Assembly (NCBI GenBank): GCA_045590955.1
Contig: JAZNSB010000027.1
Span: 1-41,943 of the forward strand
DNA from: Alphaproteobacteria bacterium
Lineage (GTDB): Bacteria; Pseudomonadota; Alphaproteobacteria; RF32; CAG-239
Length of the DNA: 41,943 nucleotides
Direction of reading: 5' to 3'
Shown here piece by piece: positions 8,456-17,749 of the stretch (its first letter is position 1; every line of letters starts with the position of its first letter). The translations under genes and the position numbers were made by a program. The notes beneath the pieces are model-generated. The model saw only the letters and a list, made by a program, of their open reading frames with translations, was not told the DNA's origin and ran no database searches.

Positions 8456-9301
8456 TTATAATTTTATGCGGTTTATGCTAATGTCATTGTCAATGTTTAT
8501 AACCAAAATGTGAGCTGCATCTTCTAACCAGTCAGAACCTGAACTTGCACATGTGGTGTTGCCTATTTTTTCAACAAAGTGTCCGCTTATTCTCACAGTT
8601 TCATGAATGTGTCCATGCAAGGACAATAAAGGCTGTTTTTGACTGATGAATTTATTTACCGCTCTGCTGCCGACATGTATAATTTGTTCTGAAGGTTTTA
8701 TACAGTCACAATTTGTATTAAACGGAGGAACATGGCTGACTAAAATAAGTTTGGATGCATCAACATTTTTGCATAATTCAAAGAGGTCTTCTTCAATAGA
8801 TGCGTCTTGCATAGTGTCCAAAATGTTGCAAGATACTTTATTTTGTATCGGATCACTGATAAAACCTTGTAATCTTGTAATGGGAGAAAGGTTTTCTTTG
8901 GTATCTGAGGCAAGGTCTCTTCTTTCCCAATCTTTCCATTCAAACGGAGAATATGTAACATATGAATAGCCTGCCAAAAAATAATTTCCGAAAGGAATGA
9001 CCTTAGAATCAAAAAGTGTAAAGTTGTGATTTTTTTGGCTTTGTTCAACAAAATCATGGTTGGCTTTGTAATCATCATTGCCCATGATTAAATATACATG
9101 GCCGGAAAACTTATCAAAAATGGGAAAAATTTTGTCATTTAAAAATTGTTTTTGCAGTTCAATATCTTTTAATTCCGGGCTTTTAGTGGTTAAATCTCCG
9201 CCAATGACGATATTGTTTATGTTGTGCTCTTTGGCATATGTAAAAATTTGATTATAATGATTAAAATTACCATGAAGATCTGAACAAAAAATAAATTCCA
9301 T
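8456..9301 (-). CDS. calcineurin-like metallophosphoesterase
   Basis: SDLHG, GGD, GNDD, SHVPP, HGHIHE; start at 9301 with GGAG. Confidence 0.9.
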   Translation of the reverse strand: MEFIFCSDLHGNFNHYNQIFTYAKEHNINNIVIGGDLTTKSPELKDIELQKQFLNDKIFPIFDKFSGHVYLIMGNDDYKANHDFVEQSQKNHNFTLFDSKVIPFGNYFLAGYSYVTYSPFEWKDWERRDLASDTKENLSPITRLQGFISDPIQNKVSCNILDTMQDASIEEDLFELCKNVDASKLILVSHVPPFNTNCDCIKPSEQIIHVGSRAVNKFISQKQPLLSLHGHIHETVRISGHFVEKIGNTTCASSGSDWLEDAAHILVINIDNDISINRIKL

Positions 9302-9362
9302 ATTATTTCTCCGTTTGTTTTTTTTAAGAGTTATCATGCCAAGAGAAAAATGTCAAACAGCA

Positions 9363-9391
9363 AAAAAAAGAGGCTTAAAAGCCTCTTTTTT
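9363..9391. terminator. intrinsic terminator
   Basis: aaaaaagaggctt-aaaa-gcctctttttt. Confidence 0.85.
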
Positions 9392-9405
9392 GAAATAAAG
9401 TTTTT

Positions 9406-9954
9406 TTATTGTGCAATTTGTTCTGCTTGTTCTACCGTTAATAAAACGGGGTCTGTAGTTTGAGCAGGCGCAACTTGAACAGGTTGAAGAGTTGTTGTTA
9501 CAACATCTTTTGTTTCTTGAGTGCTTGGTTGCAAAACAACATTTTCTTTTGTTGCTGAATATGGCTCTTTTTCATAAGTAACCGTTTGAGTTGTTTGGGG
9601 ATTGCAAGAAGTTGTGTATGTTGTTTTTTTATAAACAATTTCTACAGGTTCTTTTGTTTGAGTTACGTTGTTTTGTTTGGTGCAATTATTACATCCGCAA
9701 GAATTGCAGGAAGTATCTTTGTAAACATATACCACTTGAGGTGTTGTGCGCAATTGACGTGTATATTGCGGTCTGATTTGCTCACGGTATTTTGGAGCAT
9801 ACGGATCTTGAGTTTTATAAGCATGGTCACAAGTTTGTTGAGAGTTAATTTTTCTCCATCCGTCAAAAATTGAAGGACAAGTTCTTTTTTGATGATGATT
9901 TTGTGCGCATGCTGTGATAAGACACAAAGATATTAACAAGATTGTTTTTTTCAT
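9406..9954 (-). CDS. putative lipoprotein, Cys/Thr-rich
   Basis: MKKTILLISLCLITAC lipobox; SCNSCGCNNC cluster. Confidence 0.75.
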   Translation of the reverse strand: MKKTILLISLCLITACAQNHHQKRTCPSIFDGWRKINSQQTCDHAYKTQDPYAPKYREQIRPQYTRQLRTTPQVVYVYKDTSCNSCGCNNCTKQNNVTQTKEPVEIVYKKTTYTTSCNPQTTQTVTYEKEPYSATKENVVLQPSTQETKDVVTTTLQPVQVAPAQTTDPVLLTVEQAEQIAQ

Positions 9955-10085
9955 TATATTTTCTCCCACGGATATTTTTTGTGTCTAATATAATGATTTT
10001 TGGCTAAAAGTCAATAAATAAGAACATCAGATAAAGAAAAAGGTTGCAAAAATAAAAAAAAGATGTAAAAAGGCAATACATATGT

Positions 10086-10162
10086 CGGGACATAGCTCAG
10101 TCTGGTAGAGCACTGCGTTCGGGACGCAGGGGTCGGAGGTTCAAGTCCTCTTGTCCCGACCA
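10086..10162 (+). tRNA. tRNA-Pro (anticodon CGG)
   Basis: acceptor stem CGGGACA/TGTCCCG, anticodon arm ctgcg-ttCGGga-cgcag, GGTTCAAGTCC T-arm, encoded CCA. Confidence 0.97.
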
Positions 10163-10167
10163 CTTAA

Positions 10168-10206
10168 AACCTTGATTTTCCTAGAGATTTTCAAGGTTAT
10201 TTTTTA
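10168..10206 (+). terminator. terminator after tRNA
   Basis: aaccttga...tcaaggtt followed by a T run. Confidence 0.55.
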
Positions 10207-10352
10207 TGCTAAACATGTTTTCTAGTTTTAGCGTCAAGGTTCGGAATAAAAAAATGACTATATAAATTCACAGTAGTAATTTTTTGTTATATGCAACGTT
10301 TGTGTAAGGGACCTATAATGAAAAAATTTCTTGTTATTTTAACACTGATGGT

Positions 10353-10415
10353 ATCAGCTTGTGCTTTTGTCATACCAGAAGCTTCAGCAACAGTTGCAAC
10401 GTATTCATTTTTAGT
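10353..10415 (-). pseudogene. HU/IHF-family DNA-binding protein N-terminal remnant
   Basis: TKNEYVATVAEASGMTKAQAD directly after AAGGAG, start codon missing. Confidence 0.65.
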
Positions 10416-10462
10416 CTCCTTAATTAATTTAAACTATAACACCTCTGGTATCATAAATAAAA

Positions 10463-10493
10463 GAGGACGTTTGTTATCACAACAAATGTCCTC
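10463..10493 (-). terminator. terminator of 574-aa gene
   Basis: gaggacgtttgtt/aacaaatgtcctc hairpin, U-rich on the minus strand. Confidence 0.7.
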
Positions 10494-10514
10494 AGTAAGA
10501 TAAATTAGAACTCG

Positions 10515-12239
10515 TTAGAACTCGAAATTTATGATATCATAACTATCAAGGCTGATAACTTTAGCCTCGGTATCAGTATATGAAACCATAACCTTTTGTC
10601 CTGTTTTGCTCCACTTCATCTCCGGAAAAGCATCGGTTGTACCGGTAAACTCTTTTCCTTTGACTTCAGTAAACAATACATAATATAAACCATTTTCATA
10701 GACTATATCACGTATTGTCATTTCGAGAACTTCTAAAGCCAGCTTATCACCATCAGTAATTGTAAACTCGTTACTGTTTTGTAAGGTTTTAAGATATGCT
10801 TTCAAAGCCTCTTGTGGAGTTGCAGCAGCAGCGAACTCGAGCTCGCTCTTAAGTGAGACAAATGCATAACCTGCATTCTTGACACCATCTCCTGTCAAAG
10901 TCATGTAGTATGTAGGTACTCCATGAATATTATACAGAATAGGGTCGTTTGCAAAGAAGCGCGATTGCCTTACCCACTCGCTCTGTGCTTCGATAACGTC
11001 CATAGCCGCTTGTTCGTTTATACCCGATACCGGATAGAGTTTACACTCTTTAGTTCTGGTATCAATGAGCATAAAGCCTGAAGATGACTTGTCAGCACCA
11101 GCACTCTGAATACCTGTATACCAGTAAGATTTTCCCTCAGAGTAAACAAGAGACATACCCGGAGTTGCCTGGCGAACCCCATTTTGTGCAAAGAGAGCAT
11201 TCCAATAACCGTCCTGATACTGTCCCCAATCATTGATTTGCTTAATCAGGAACTCATCAGACTGAATAAGGTCAACCCATTCAGGAGTGTCATTGATACT
11301 GTAATCTTTGATGTCACCGTTCTGCATGTCTACGACAAGTACACCTACAGCATCTTCACCACCAAAACCGATAGTTGGCTCATAAATGGTAATTACCCAG
11401 TAAGGACGGCCAGTATCATCAATCTCCATCGAGTATTCGTCCAAACCATGACTGGCATAGCCATTGACACGAACATGACGCTTGATATAGTCTCTGAAAT
11501 ATCCAGACGTAAGATAGCGCAGCTTCAAAGGCTCTCCATTAAGCTCTGTTATGAAGAAAATTCTTCCCGGATTGTGAGCACTGACGATGCAGTAGCCTTC
11601 GGTGGTCTTATTTTTCCTCCATTTCCAAAAGCTCTTATGCTCCAGAGGCATTACCCATACCTTCTCATTATCAAAGGTTTCAGTAAGCTTCTGTCCTTCT
11701 GCAGTAGTAAAGCTGAAAGTACCATCGAGGTTAATCATATAAGCTTTGCCGAATGTACAACGGCTACCTAAAGAAGCTATGTTCTCAATGCGCTTTGAGG
11801 CCAGGTCCTCTGCGTATTGTCTTTTCACATTTATCATCTTGTCTACGGGAACAGGATGAATGTTATTTACGAATACAGAATCTTCAACCTCTTCTACGGT
11901 AAGAAGATTTTTATACTCTTCTGTATGGAAGATCTCGAAAGTTGCACAACATCTGACGATAAATCCCAATATACACAAGCCGAGCATAACAGCACCCACT
12001 GGACGAATTTCTTCTTCTACCATAAAGCCTATGAGAAATCCTATGAGGCAGGCTAAGAATATTTCAATCCAAACGCCATCAAAGCCCCAGAAGTTTATAG
12101 TTGGCATGAAAGCCCAATTGATGAACCAGAACCCGAGGAATGTTACGATTCCTACTACAATAGAGACGATTTTGCTTTCTCTGTTAAGCGATGAAATCGC
12201 TGCAATAGCTCCAAGGAGCAACGAAAACATTAAATACAT
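10515..12239 (-). CDS. membrane-anchored protein (~4 N-terminal TMs plus large extracytoplasmic domain), function unknown
   Basis: 574-aa ORF, hydrophobic first ~100 aa; island cargo. Confidence 0.85.
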   Translation of the reverse strand: MYLMFSLLLGAIAAISSLNRESKIVSIVVGIVTFLGFWFINWAFMPTINFWGFDGVWIEIFLACLIGFLIGFMVEEEIRPVGAVMLGLCILGFIVRCCATFEIFHTEEYKNLLTVEEVEDSVFVNNIHPVPVDKMINVKRQYAEDLASKRIENIASLGSRCTFGKAYMINLDGTFSFTTAEGQKLTETFDNEKVWVMPLEHKSFWKWRKNKTTEGYCIVSAHNPGRIFFITELNGEPLKLRYLTSGYFRDYIKRHVRVNGYASHGLDEYSMEIDDTGRPYWVITIYEPTIGFGGEDAVGVLVVDMQNGDIKDYSINDTPEWVDLIQSDEFLIKQINDWGQYQDGYWNALFAQNGVRQATPGMSLVYSEGKSYWYTGIQSAGADKSSSGFMLIDTRTKECKLYPVSGINEQAAMDVIEAQSEWVRQSRFFANDPILYNIHGVPTYYMTLTGDGVKNAGYAFVSLKSELEFAAAATPQEALKAYLKTLQNSNEFTITDGDKLALEVLEMTIRDIVYENGLYYVLFTEVKGKEFTGTTDAFPEMKWSKTGQKVMVSYTDTEAKVISLDSYDIINFEF

Positions 12240-12429
12240 AAGATAATTTTGTTTAAAGTTAATATTTAATAAAAATAGTTTTGACCACTACAATAAGATT
12301 TTGTATATAAGCGGTTATATCATATTTTTTTATGTGTTGCAAGTATATTTTTATCAGCAGGGATTGAACGATTTTTTATGAGTTCTTTTAATTCAGAGAA
12401 ACTTTTATCCATAAAAAAGAAGACATTTT

Positions 12430-12477
12430 CGTTCGGGACGCAGGGGTCGGAGGTTCAAGTCCTCTTGTCCCGACCAC
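12430..12477 (+). repeat. att-like duplicate of tRNA-Pro 3' part
   Basis: identical to 10116-10163. Confidence 0.95.
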
Positions 12478-12615
12478 ATCAGTCAGCTAGGAATTTTCAA
12501 GAGCAAATTAAACGGCTCAGATAAGGAAATCCTAGCTTTTTTGTTATATGTATATATGTCTTCTGAATATACCGATTAATTTTTGGTTATAGTAAGGGGA
12601 AAGGCTTTTTTATGC

Positions 12616-12643
12616 TTGACAATATACCCTGTGGGGGTATATT
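12616..12643 (+). promoter_or_regulatory. promoter with CsoR/RcnR-type operator
   Basis: TTGACA...TATATT overlapped by the inverted repeat AATATACCC-tgtgg-GGGTATATT (C/G-tract with AT flanks). Confidence 0.85.
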
Positions 12644-12678
12644 AAAGCGCAATTGAATAATGTTTTATGGAGAAAAAA

Positions 12679-12849
12679 ATGTCTAAATGTAATAATCCAA
12701 ATTGTAAATGTGAAAACTGTCAATGTGGCGAAAACTGTCAATGTGGTGAAAACTGTCAATGCGGTGATAACTGTCAATGTGGTGAAAACTGTCAATGCAC
12801 AAAAGACAACAAGTGTTGCGAAACTTGTCATTGCGGGGATGATAAATAG
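12679..12849 (+). CDS. metallothionein-like Cys-rich protein
   Basis: 56 aa with 17 Cys, (ENCQCG)x~5, GGAG RBS, first gene of a metal operon. Confidence 0.85.
   Translation: MSKCNNPNCKCENCQCGENCQCGENCQCGDNCQCGENCQCTKDNKCCETCHCGDDK
12712..12798 (+). repeat. 18-bp coding tandem repeat, ~4.8 copies
   Basis: ga(a/t)aactgtcaatg(t/c)gg(t/c) units. Confidence 0.95.
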
Positions 12850-12857
12850 GAAAAAAT

Positions 12858-13139
12858 ATGCAAAATGTTACAAAAGTAATGCATTCCGACAATTTGCCAA
12901 AGCTTAACCGTATTTCCGGTCAGGTTGACGGTATTAAAAAAATGATTGAAGATGAAAGGTATTGCTTGGATATTGTTTATCAAATAAGGGCGGTGCGTTC
13001 TGCTTTGAAAAGCATTGAGAAAAATATATTGCATAATCATATACACCATTGTGTGGCAGATGCTTTTAATTTGCCAAAAGAACAATTGCAACAAAAAATA
13101 GATGAGTTGGTGCTTTTGTTTGATAAAAACGACAACTAA
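12858..13139 (+). CDS. CsoR/RcnR-family metal-sensing repressor
   Basis: LNRISGQVDGIKKMIEDERYC...Q..AVRSAL...HIHHC. Confidence 0.93.
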   Translation: MQNVTKVMHSDNLPKLNRISGQVDGIKKMIEDERYCLDIVYQIRAVRSALKSIEKNILHNHIHHCVADAFNLPKEQLQQKIDELVLLFDKNDN

Positions 13140-13155
13140 TGACAAGAGGAATAAG

Positions 13156-14037
13156 ATGACAGAACATGTTCATCACCATCATCAGATTAATGAAAAATCT
13201 GTAAAGTTGCTGGTTTGGTCTTTTGCAATCAATATGATTTTATCTATTGCAGAAATTATCGGAGGAATTGTTTCCGGAAGTGTGGCCTTAATTGGAGATG
13301 CTTTGCATAATACTTCAGATGCATTGTCAATTTTGATTGCCATTATTGCATTTAAGATAGGAAATAAAAAAGCATCTGCAAAATATACATATGGATTTAA
13401 AAGGGCAGAGGTTATAGGCGGTTTTGTTAATTTGATTTTGTTGTTTCTGTCCGGAAGTTATTTGCTGATAGAGGGAATTAGGCGAATTATTAAGCCCGAA
13501 CAAATTGAAGCAATGATGATTGTTTGGATTAGTGTTTTGGCTTTGCTGGTTGATGTGTTTACTGCAAAAATATCTCATCACGGAGCTCATCACAACTCAA
13601 ACATGAAAATGGTATTTGTTCATAATTTGGCAGATGTTTTTGGTTCTGTCGGAGTTATATTTTCCGGATTTTGCGTAATGTGGTTCGGCATATATGCAAT
13701 AGACGGTGTTATTGCCGTATTAATTGCAATTTATATGATTGTTCAGTCTGTAATAACATTTCCGAAAATTGTAAATATATTGATGGATGCAACGCCGGAT
13801 GATATTAATGTTGATGAAGTAAAAAAATGTATTTTGAAAATAAATGATGTAAAAGATGTTTATCATATTCATTTGTGGAACATTAGTGAGCATAATGTTG
13901 CGATGGAATGCCATGTGGTAAGCGATGATGAGACCGTGGCACAAAAAATTGCAAGAAAAATGAAACAACATTTTAAAATTAATCATTGTAATGTGCAGGT
14001 TGAAAAAAACTATTGTGGTGAAATTTGCAATTTGTAA
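13156..14037 (+). CDS. cation diffusion facilitator (CzcD-like)
   Basis: His-rich N-terminus, DALHNTSD, TYGFKRAE, HNLAD; AGAGG before ATG 13156. Confidence 0.93.
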   Translation: MTEHVHHHHQINEKSVKLLVWSFAINMILSIAEIIGGIVSGSVALIGDALHNTSDALSILIAIIAFKIGNKKASAKYTYGFKRAEVIGGFVNLILLFLSGSYLLIEGIRRIIKPEQIEAMMIVWISVLALLVDVFTAKISHHGAHHNSNMKMVFVHNLADVFGSVGVIFSGFCVMWFGIYAIDGVIAVLIAIYMIVQSVITFPKIVNILMDATPDDINVDEVKKCILKINDVKDVYHIHLWNISEHNVAMECHVVSDDETVAQKIARKMKQHFKINHCNVQVEKNYCGEICNL

Positions 14038-14126
14038 ACTTATCATAAAGAAGTTGAAAAAATTAAAATAATCTTTATACTCTTCAATATAAATTGAATT
14101 ATTAGTTGAACTAAAATAATGGTATT

Positions 14127-14357
14127 ATGAAGTTTTTTATTTGTTTTGTGTTGTTGGTTTTGGCCACTATGCTGTTCGTTCATTTTTATAAAAAAACGGT
14201 GAAATCATATCTAAACCTTAAGACGCTAAAAGAAATTAAAAAGCGCGGAGCGAGGGTAGATGAGGTAAGGCGAGGCTTTGTTATCAAAGTTGATGAAAAT
14301 GGAGAAAGAAGTGTTGAAGAAGCTGAGAGGCATATTCTTCCATTTGAAGAATGTTGA
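14127..14357 (+). CDS. small single-pass membrane protein
   Basis: N-terminal TM plus basic tail, similar in layout to the 1.1-3.5 kb genes. Confidence 0.65.
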   Translation: MKFFICFVLLVLATMLFVHFYKKTVKSYLNLKTLKEIKKRGARVDEVRRGFVIKVDENGERSVEEAERHILPFEEC

Positions 14358-14414
14358 AAAAAGAGAGGTGCTTTAAGGAGCTCTTTTTTGTATTCCAAAA
14401 AATTTTTGACCAAC

Positions 14415-14443
14415 AAAAAACCACCCTTTGGGGTGGTTTTTTT
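14415..14443. terminator. bidirectional terminator
   Basis: aaaaaaccaccc-tttg-gggtggttttttt. Confidence 0.8.
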
Positions 14444-14690
14444 ATGCTATGAGCTTTCAACCTTAGAGATTAGTAGTTTATTTCTTATATACCTTAAACA
14501 GATTTCTATACAACCCAGCTATGATTGGTTGAGCAATAATTGTAATCAATAGGCTGTTTGAGAGGGTATGTTTTTTGCTTGCAATGCTTTGTGTGTATAA
14601 CCATTTACAAACAAAGTGAATGTTTATTTTATTGCTGTCTTTATTTTTGTTTGCTATAAAAAGATATAGAAGTATTAAGCCGGAGGTAAT

Positions 14691-15182
14691 ATGGAACTTC
14701 ATAAAATTACAATAAAGGAAGATTTAGAAGTTATAAAAAGTTTTTTTTGCCAAATATTTCCGGAAGAAACTGAGGAATGTTTGGTTTATTTTGAAAAAGC
14801 TATAAAAGGAGATCATAGCTTTAGCAGATTAGAATATTATTTATGTTATGAAAAAGGATTGCCGGTTGGTGTAACAGGTGTTTATGCGAATGATACAAAA
14901 GAGTGTTGGCTCGGTTGGTTTGGAATTCGTCCGGAATATCGCCGGAAAGGGTATGCCGCTGCCATATTAGATTTACAACTCCAAATTATGAAAGATTATG
15001 GATATAAAGTGTGTCGTCTTTATACTGATGAAGTTATCAATAATAATGCTGTAGGTTTATACCTTAAAAAAGGATTTCAAAAAGATTTTGCATATAAAGA
15101 CAACATTATAACTATGTCAAAATCCTTAGATGATACAACTGTTCCTCATAAATGGAGCGGAGAACCTCTTGGTTTTGCTTAA
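14691..15182 (+). CDS. GNAT N-acetyltransferase
   Basis: GIRPEYRRKGYA acetyl-CoA motif; AVGLYLKKGF. Confidence 0.9.
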   Translation: MELHKITIKEDLEVIKSFFCQIFPEETEECLVYFEKAIKGDHSFSRLEYYLCYEKGLPVGVTGVYANDTKECWLGWFGIRPEYRRKGYAAAILDLQLQIMKDYGYKVCRLYTDEVINNNAVGLYLKKGFQKDFAYKDNIITMSKSLDDTTVPHKWSGEPLGFA

Positions 15183-15238
15183 AATAAAAGGCTTAGATAC
15201 GCAGTTTAGCACATAAAGTAAAATAGGGCATTTTTGTT

Positions 15239-15445
15239 TTGGCACATAAATACAAGATATTGCTAAATGGTAATGTTATATTTTCGCACAATGATAAAAG
15301 AAACCAGACAATAAAAATAAGCATACCCATAAAAAAAGAATGGATTGAAAATGATGGAAAAATTATTATTGAAGCGACTTTTGAGCAAAACACAAGTAGT
15401 TATAATGTAGATGGAATATGTTTTTATAATTTTGTTTTACGGTAA
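15239..15445 (+). pseudogene. probable C-terminal gene fragment
   Basis: 68-aa beta-rich frame with TTG start and no RBS. Confidence 0.3.
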
Positions 15446-15458
15446 AAAATATGCAAAC

Positions 15459-16568
15459 CTAATATCTCCAGCCAATTCCGGCAATAATTCCATATCCTTG
15501 GTTATCATCTTTAGATTTTAATCCATGTAGGTTGAGATATGCAGAAGATAAAAATAGTTCTGCATGTTTGGACATATTATATACATTGGACCATAAAATT
15601 AAATTATCTTGGTGGCGGGTGTTGGCAGATTGGGTGTTAAGATATGCTATGTTTGTTTTGAAATTATTCCACTTATAACCAAAACTTATATTCCAAGCGC
15701 TTGATTCTCTGTAATTATCAAAATATGCCGGCAGATGAGAGTTTATGCGAGTTGTAGAAATATGGTTTTTGTTACCGTCAATATAGGCCTTTTTGAAACC
15801 TGTGGCGAGGTTGAAATTTTTGTATTCCAAACCAAACCCTAAAGAGGTTTCTTTATCTGTTTTGTTAAAAATGCCATAACCGGCGGAAAAATATAGGGTT
15901 GAGTCTTTTAATCGGTATTTATGTTGTGCGCCAAAGCTATATCCGTCTTCTTTGGTTTGATAGTTTGTATATCTGCTGACCATGCCTCGGCGGTGGGCAT
16001 TGTCTGGTGTATAAGAAAAGCCCAATTTGGTATTTTTTATGTTGGGGCTGATATAAGTAAATTTTGGAGCTCTGCCATCATTCATAATTGCTGTTGATTT
16101 TGGGGTGGCATAAAATGTGGATTTAAATCCGTTATTCCAGTTTGGGTTGCTTAAAAAATATGTGGCATTAGAATCATCAATTTTTAAAAAAGTTATGTCT
16201 TTTGCTCCTTTATGCAACATATAAGCAGCATTGTAGGTATATCCTGCATAAAACTCTCCAAATTGAGAGCTGTCTGTAATGTATGGATAAAAACGGTATT
16301 CTCCTCCACGGCGATTAGTATCATCTTGGCGATACATTATGGTTGTGGATGCGTGAATGCCGGTTTTGTGTTGAGAATTGAAATGGTAGTCGGCTTTTAA
16401 TGATGTATCATTACGGATAACTAAACGAGTGGGGTATTTGTTTTTTTCTTCGGTTTCTGATGCACCATAATATGTACCTGCCAATCCGCTTGCATCAAAC
16501 TTCCATTTTGCATATGAATGATGTGGAAACAGCAGTAACATTAAAGTAAGTGTCAGACATTTTTTCAT
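15459..16568 (-). CDS. outer-membrane porin-like beta-barrel
   Basis: signal peptide, KFTYISP/GFSYTP segments, aromatic C-terminus GIGWRY. Confidence 0.8.
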   Translation of the reverse strand: MKKCLTLTLMLLLFPHHSYAKWKFDASGLAGTYYGASETEEKNKYPTRLVIRNDTSLKADYHFNSQHKTGIHASTTIMYRQDDTNRRGGEYRFYPYITDSSQFGEFYAGYTYNAAYMLHKGAKDITFLKIDDSNATYFLSNPNWNNGFKSTFYATPKSTAIMNDGRAPKFTYISPNIKNTKLGFSYTPDNAHRRGMVSRYTNYQTKEDGYSFGAQHKYRLKDSTLYFSAGYGIFNKTDKETSLGFGLEYKNFNLATGFKKAYIDGNKNHISTTRINSHLPAYFDNYRESSAWNISFGYKWNNFKTNIAYLNTQSANTRHQDNLILWSNVYNMSKHAELFLSSAYLNLHGLKSKDDNQGYGIIAGIGWRY

Positions 16569-16770
16569 GATAGATTGATAATAATACATATAAATTAAAA
16601 AATAATAAAGAAGATGAAAGAAAAGTTTTGAAAATGCTTGTTTTAGGTGGAAAAATGTGGTATTATTCTTTTATAAAAATATTATTATGACAATTATCTG
16701 GAACAGGCAAAGTATCGGATTATTTGTTCATAGTAGGAAACCAACAAAAAAATCACTAAAAAAAACAACT

Positions 16771-17628
16771 ATGAAAAAAAGTTTTGTACTTGTGACTGAG
16801 GCATTCGGTCATGGATTTTTTGCGCTACTTTGTGCAGAAGCATACGGTTTGACAGCCGTTGCAATCAGTAAGAAGGAAAACAGGGAAGAATTTGAAAAAG
16901 AGGTGGACCAGATTTATAACAATCTGTCCTTCTTCTATGACCTGAAAAAGTCAACTTGGGAAGAAAGGAAAAGTTATTTGGCGCAAGGATGGGATGTGCG
17001 TCAAGATTTGCTTGAAGGAAAAATTTCCAAGGCTATTTGGGATAAAGTGGCAAAAATCCAAATGTTGCCAGATTTGACCCAAAGAGCAGATCTTCCCCGA
17101 TTTGCTTCTCTGAAACCGGAGGGGCACAATGTGCTATTCGTGCCTCAGAAACTGCAGAGTGACGAGGCATGTGGTGTGACAGCGGCCCAGCAGAGTGTTG
17201 ATCTAAACGTCTTTGAGTTTTTGAAGACGATGGATATCAATTTGGTGCTTGGACAACACTTTCACAAAGTCAATGACCTGAATAAGGTTGAGACAATTGC
17301 CAGAGACTTTGAATGTTATGTCCCCGGACTTACTGAAGACAAAGAAGTCTTTGGTATTAGGGGGGTTCAACACAAGAAGTACTGGAACCTCTACAGCAAT
17401 CTTCACAGTGCAGTGGGGATTGCCGGTACTCATACTTGGTACATGCTTGCATGTTTCCCGTGTATTAAACAGGTAATTCTCTACAATAAACGAGGTGTAG
17501 AGAATTGGGCTGAGATTGCCGAGGCTTACCGGAAAGAAGGAAGGCAAGTCTATGCCATTGGGTTTGATGAAGTCACCGACATGAAAGAGTTTGCCAAGGA
17601 GGTTGAAAAAACAAAAGTAAACCTCTAA
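16771..17628 (+). CDS. hypothetical protein, possibly glycosyltransferase-like
   Basis: ORF; ATG 16771; lies next to the pyruvyltransferase; weak GT9-like C-terminal pattern. Confidence 0.6.
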   Translation: MKKSFVLVTEAFGHGFFALLCAEAYGLTAVAISKKENREEFEKEVDQIYNNLSFFYDLKKSTWEERKSYLAQGWDVRQDLLEGKISKAIWDKVAKIQMLPDLTQRADLPRFASLKPEGHNVLFVPQKLQSDEACGVTAAQQSVDLNVFEFLKTMDINLVLGQHFHKVNDLNKVETIARDFECYVPGLTEDKEVFGIRGVQHKKYWNLYSNLHSAVGIAGTHTWYMLACFPCIKQVILYNKRGVENWAEIAEAYRKEGRQVYAIGFDEVTDMKEFAKEVEKTKVNL

Positions 17629-17636
17629 AAAAGAAC

Positions 17637-17671
17637 AAAAACCGTTGATCCTTAAGATCAGCGGTTTTTTT
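17637..17671 (+). terminator. intrinsic terminator
   Basis: accgttgatc/gatcagcggt followed by a T run. Confidence 0.8.
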
Positions 17672-17749
17672 GTTTAAAAGAATAAGTTTTAATTGAAAAA
17701 ATTTTTTAAAATAATAAGATAAAAGCACAATTAACCGGTAGGCAAATGC

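Larger units (their letters stand above)
10116..12477. mobile_element. degenerate genomic island integrated at tRNA-Pro
   Basis: 48-bp perfect direct repeat of the tRNA 3' part at 10116-10163 and 12430-12477; cargo looks more GC-rich; no integrase. Confidence 0.85.

Noticed and set aside
10291..10503. 70-aa plus-strand ORF as a real gene
   Set aside because: Better explained as a chimera of a lipoprotein start and the antisense of an HU remnant.
12430..12477. Second tRNA-Pro gene
   Set aside because: Lacks the 5' acceptor strand and D-arm; it is an att duplicate.
12610..12907. Alternative repeat ORFs (TVFTTL..., VKTVNV..., HIDSF...)
   Set aside because: Shadow frames of the 18-bp repeat; only the Cys-rich frame has an RBS and fits the metal operon.
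14478..14702. 74-aa minus-strand ORF
   Set aside because: Overlaps the GNAT start and promoter region; no RBS or recognisable motif.
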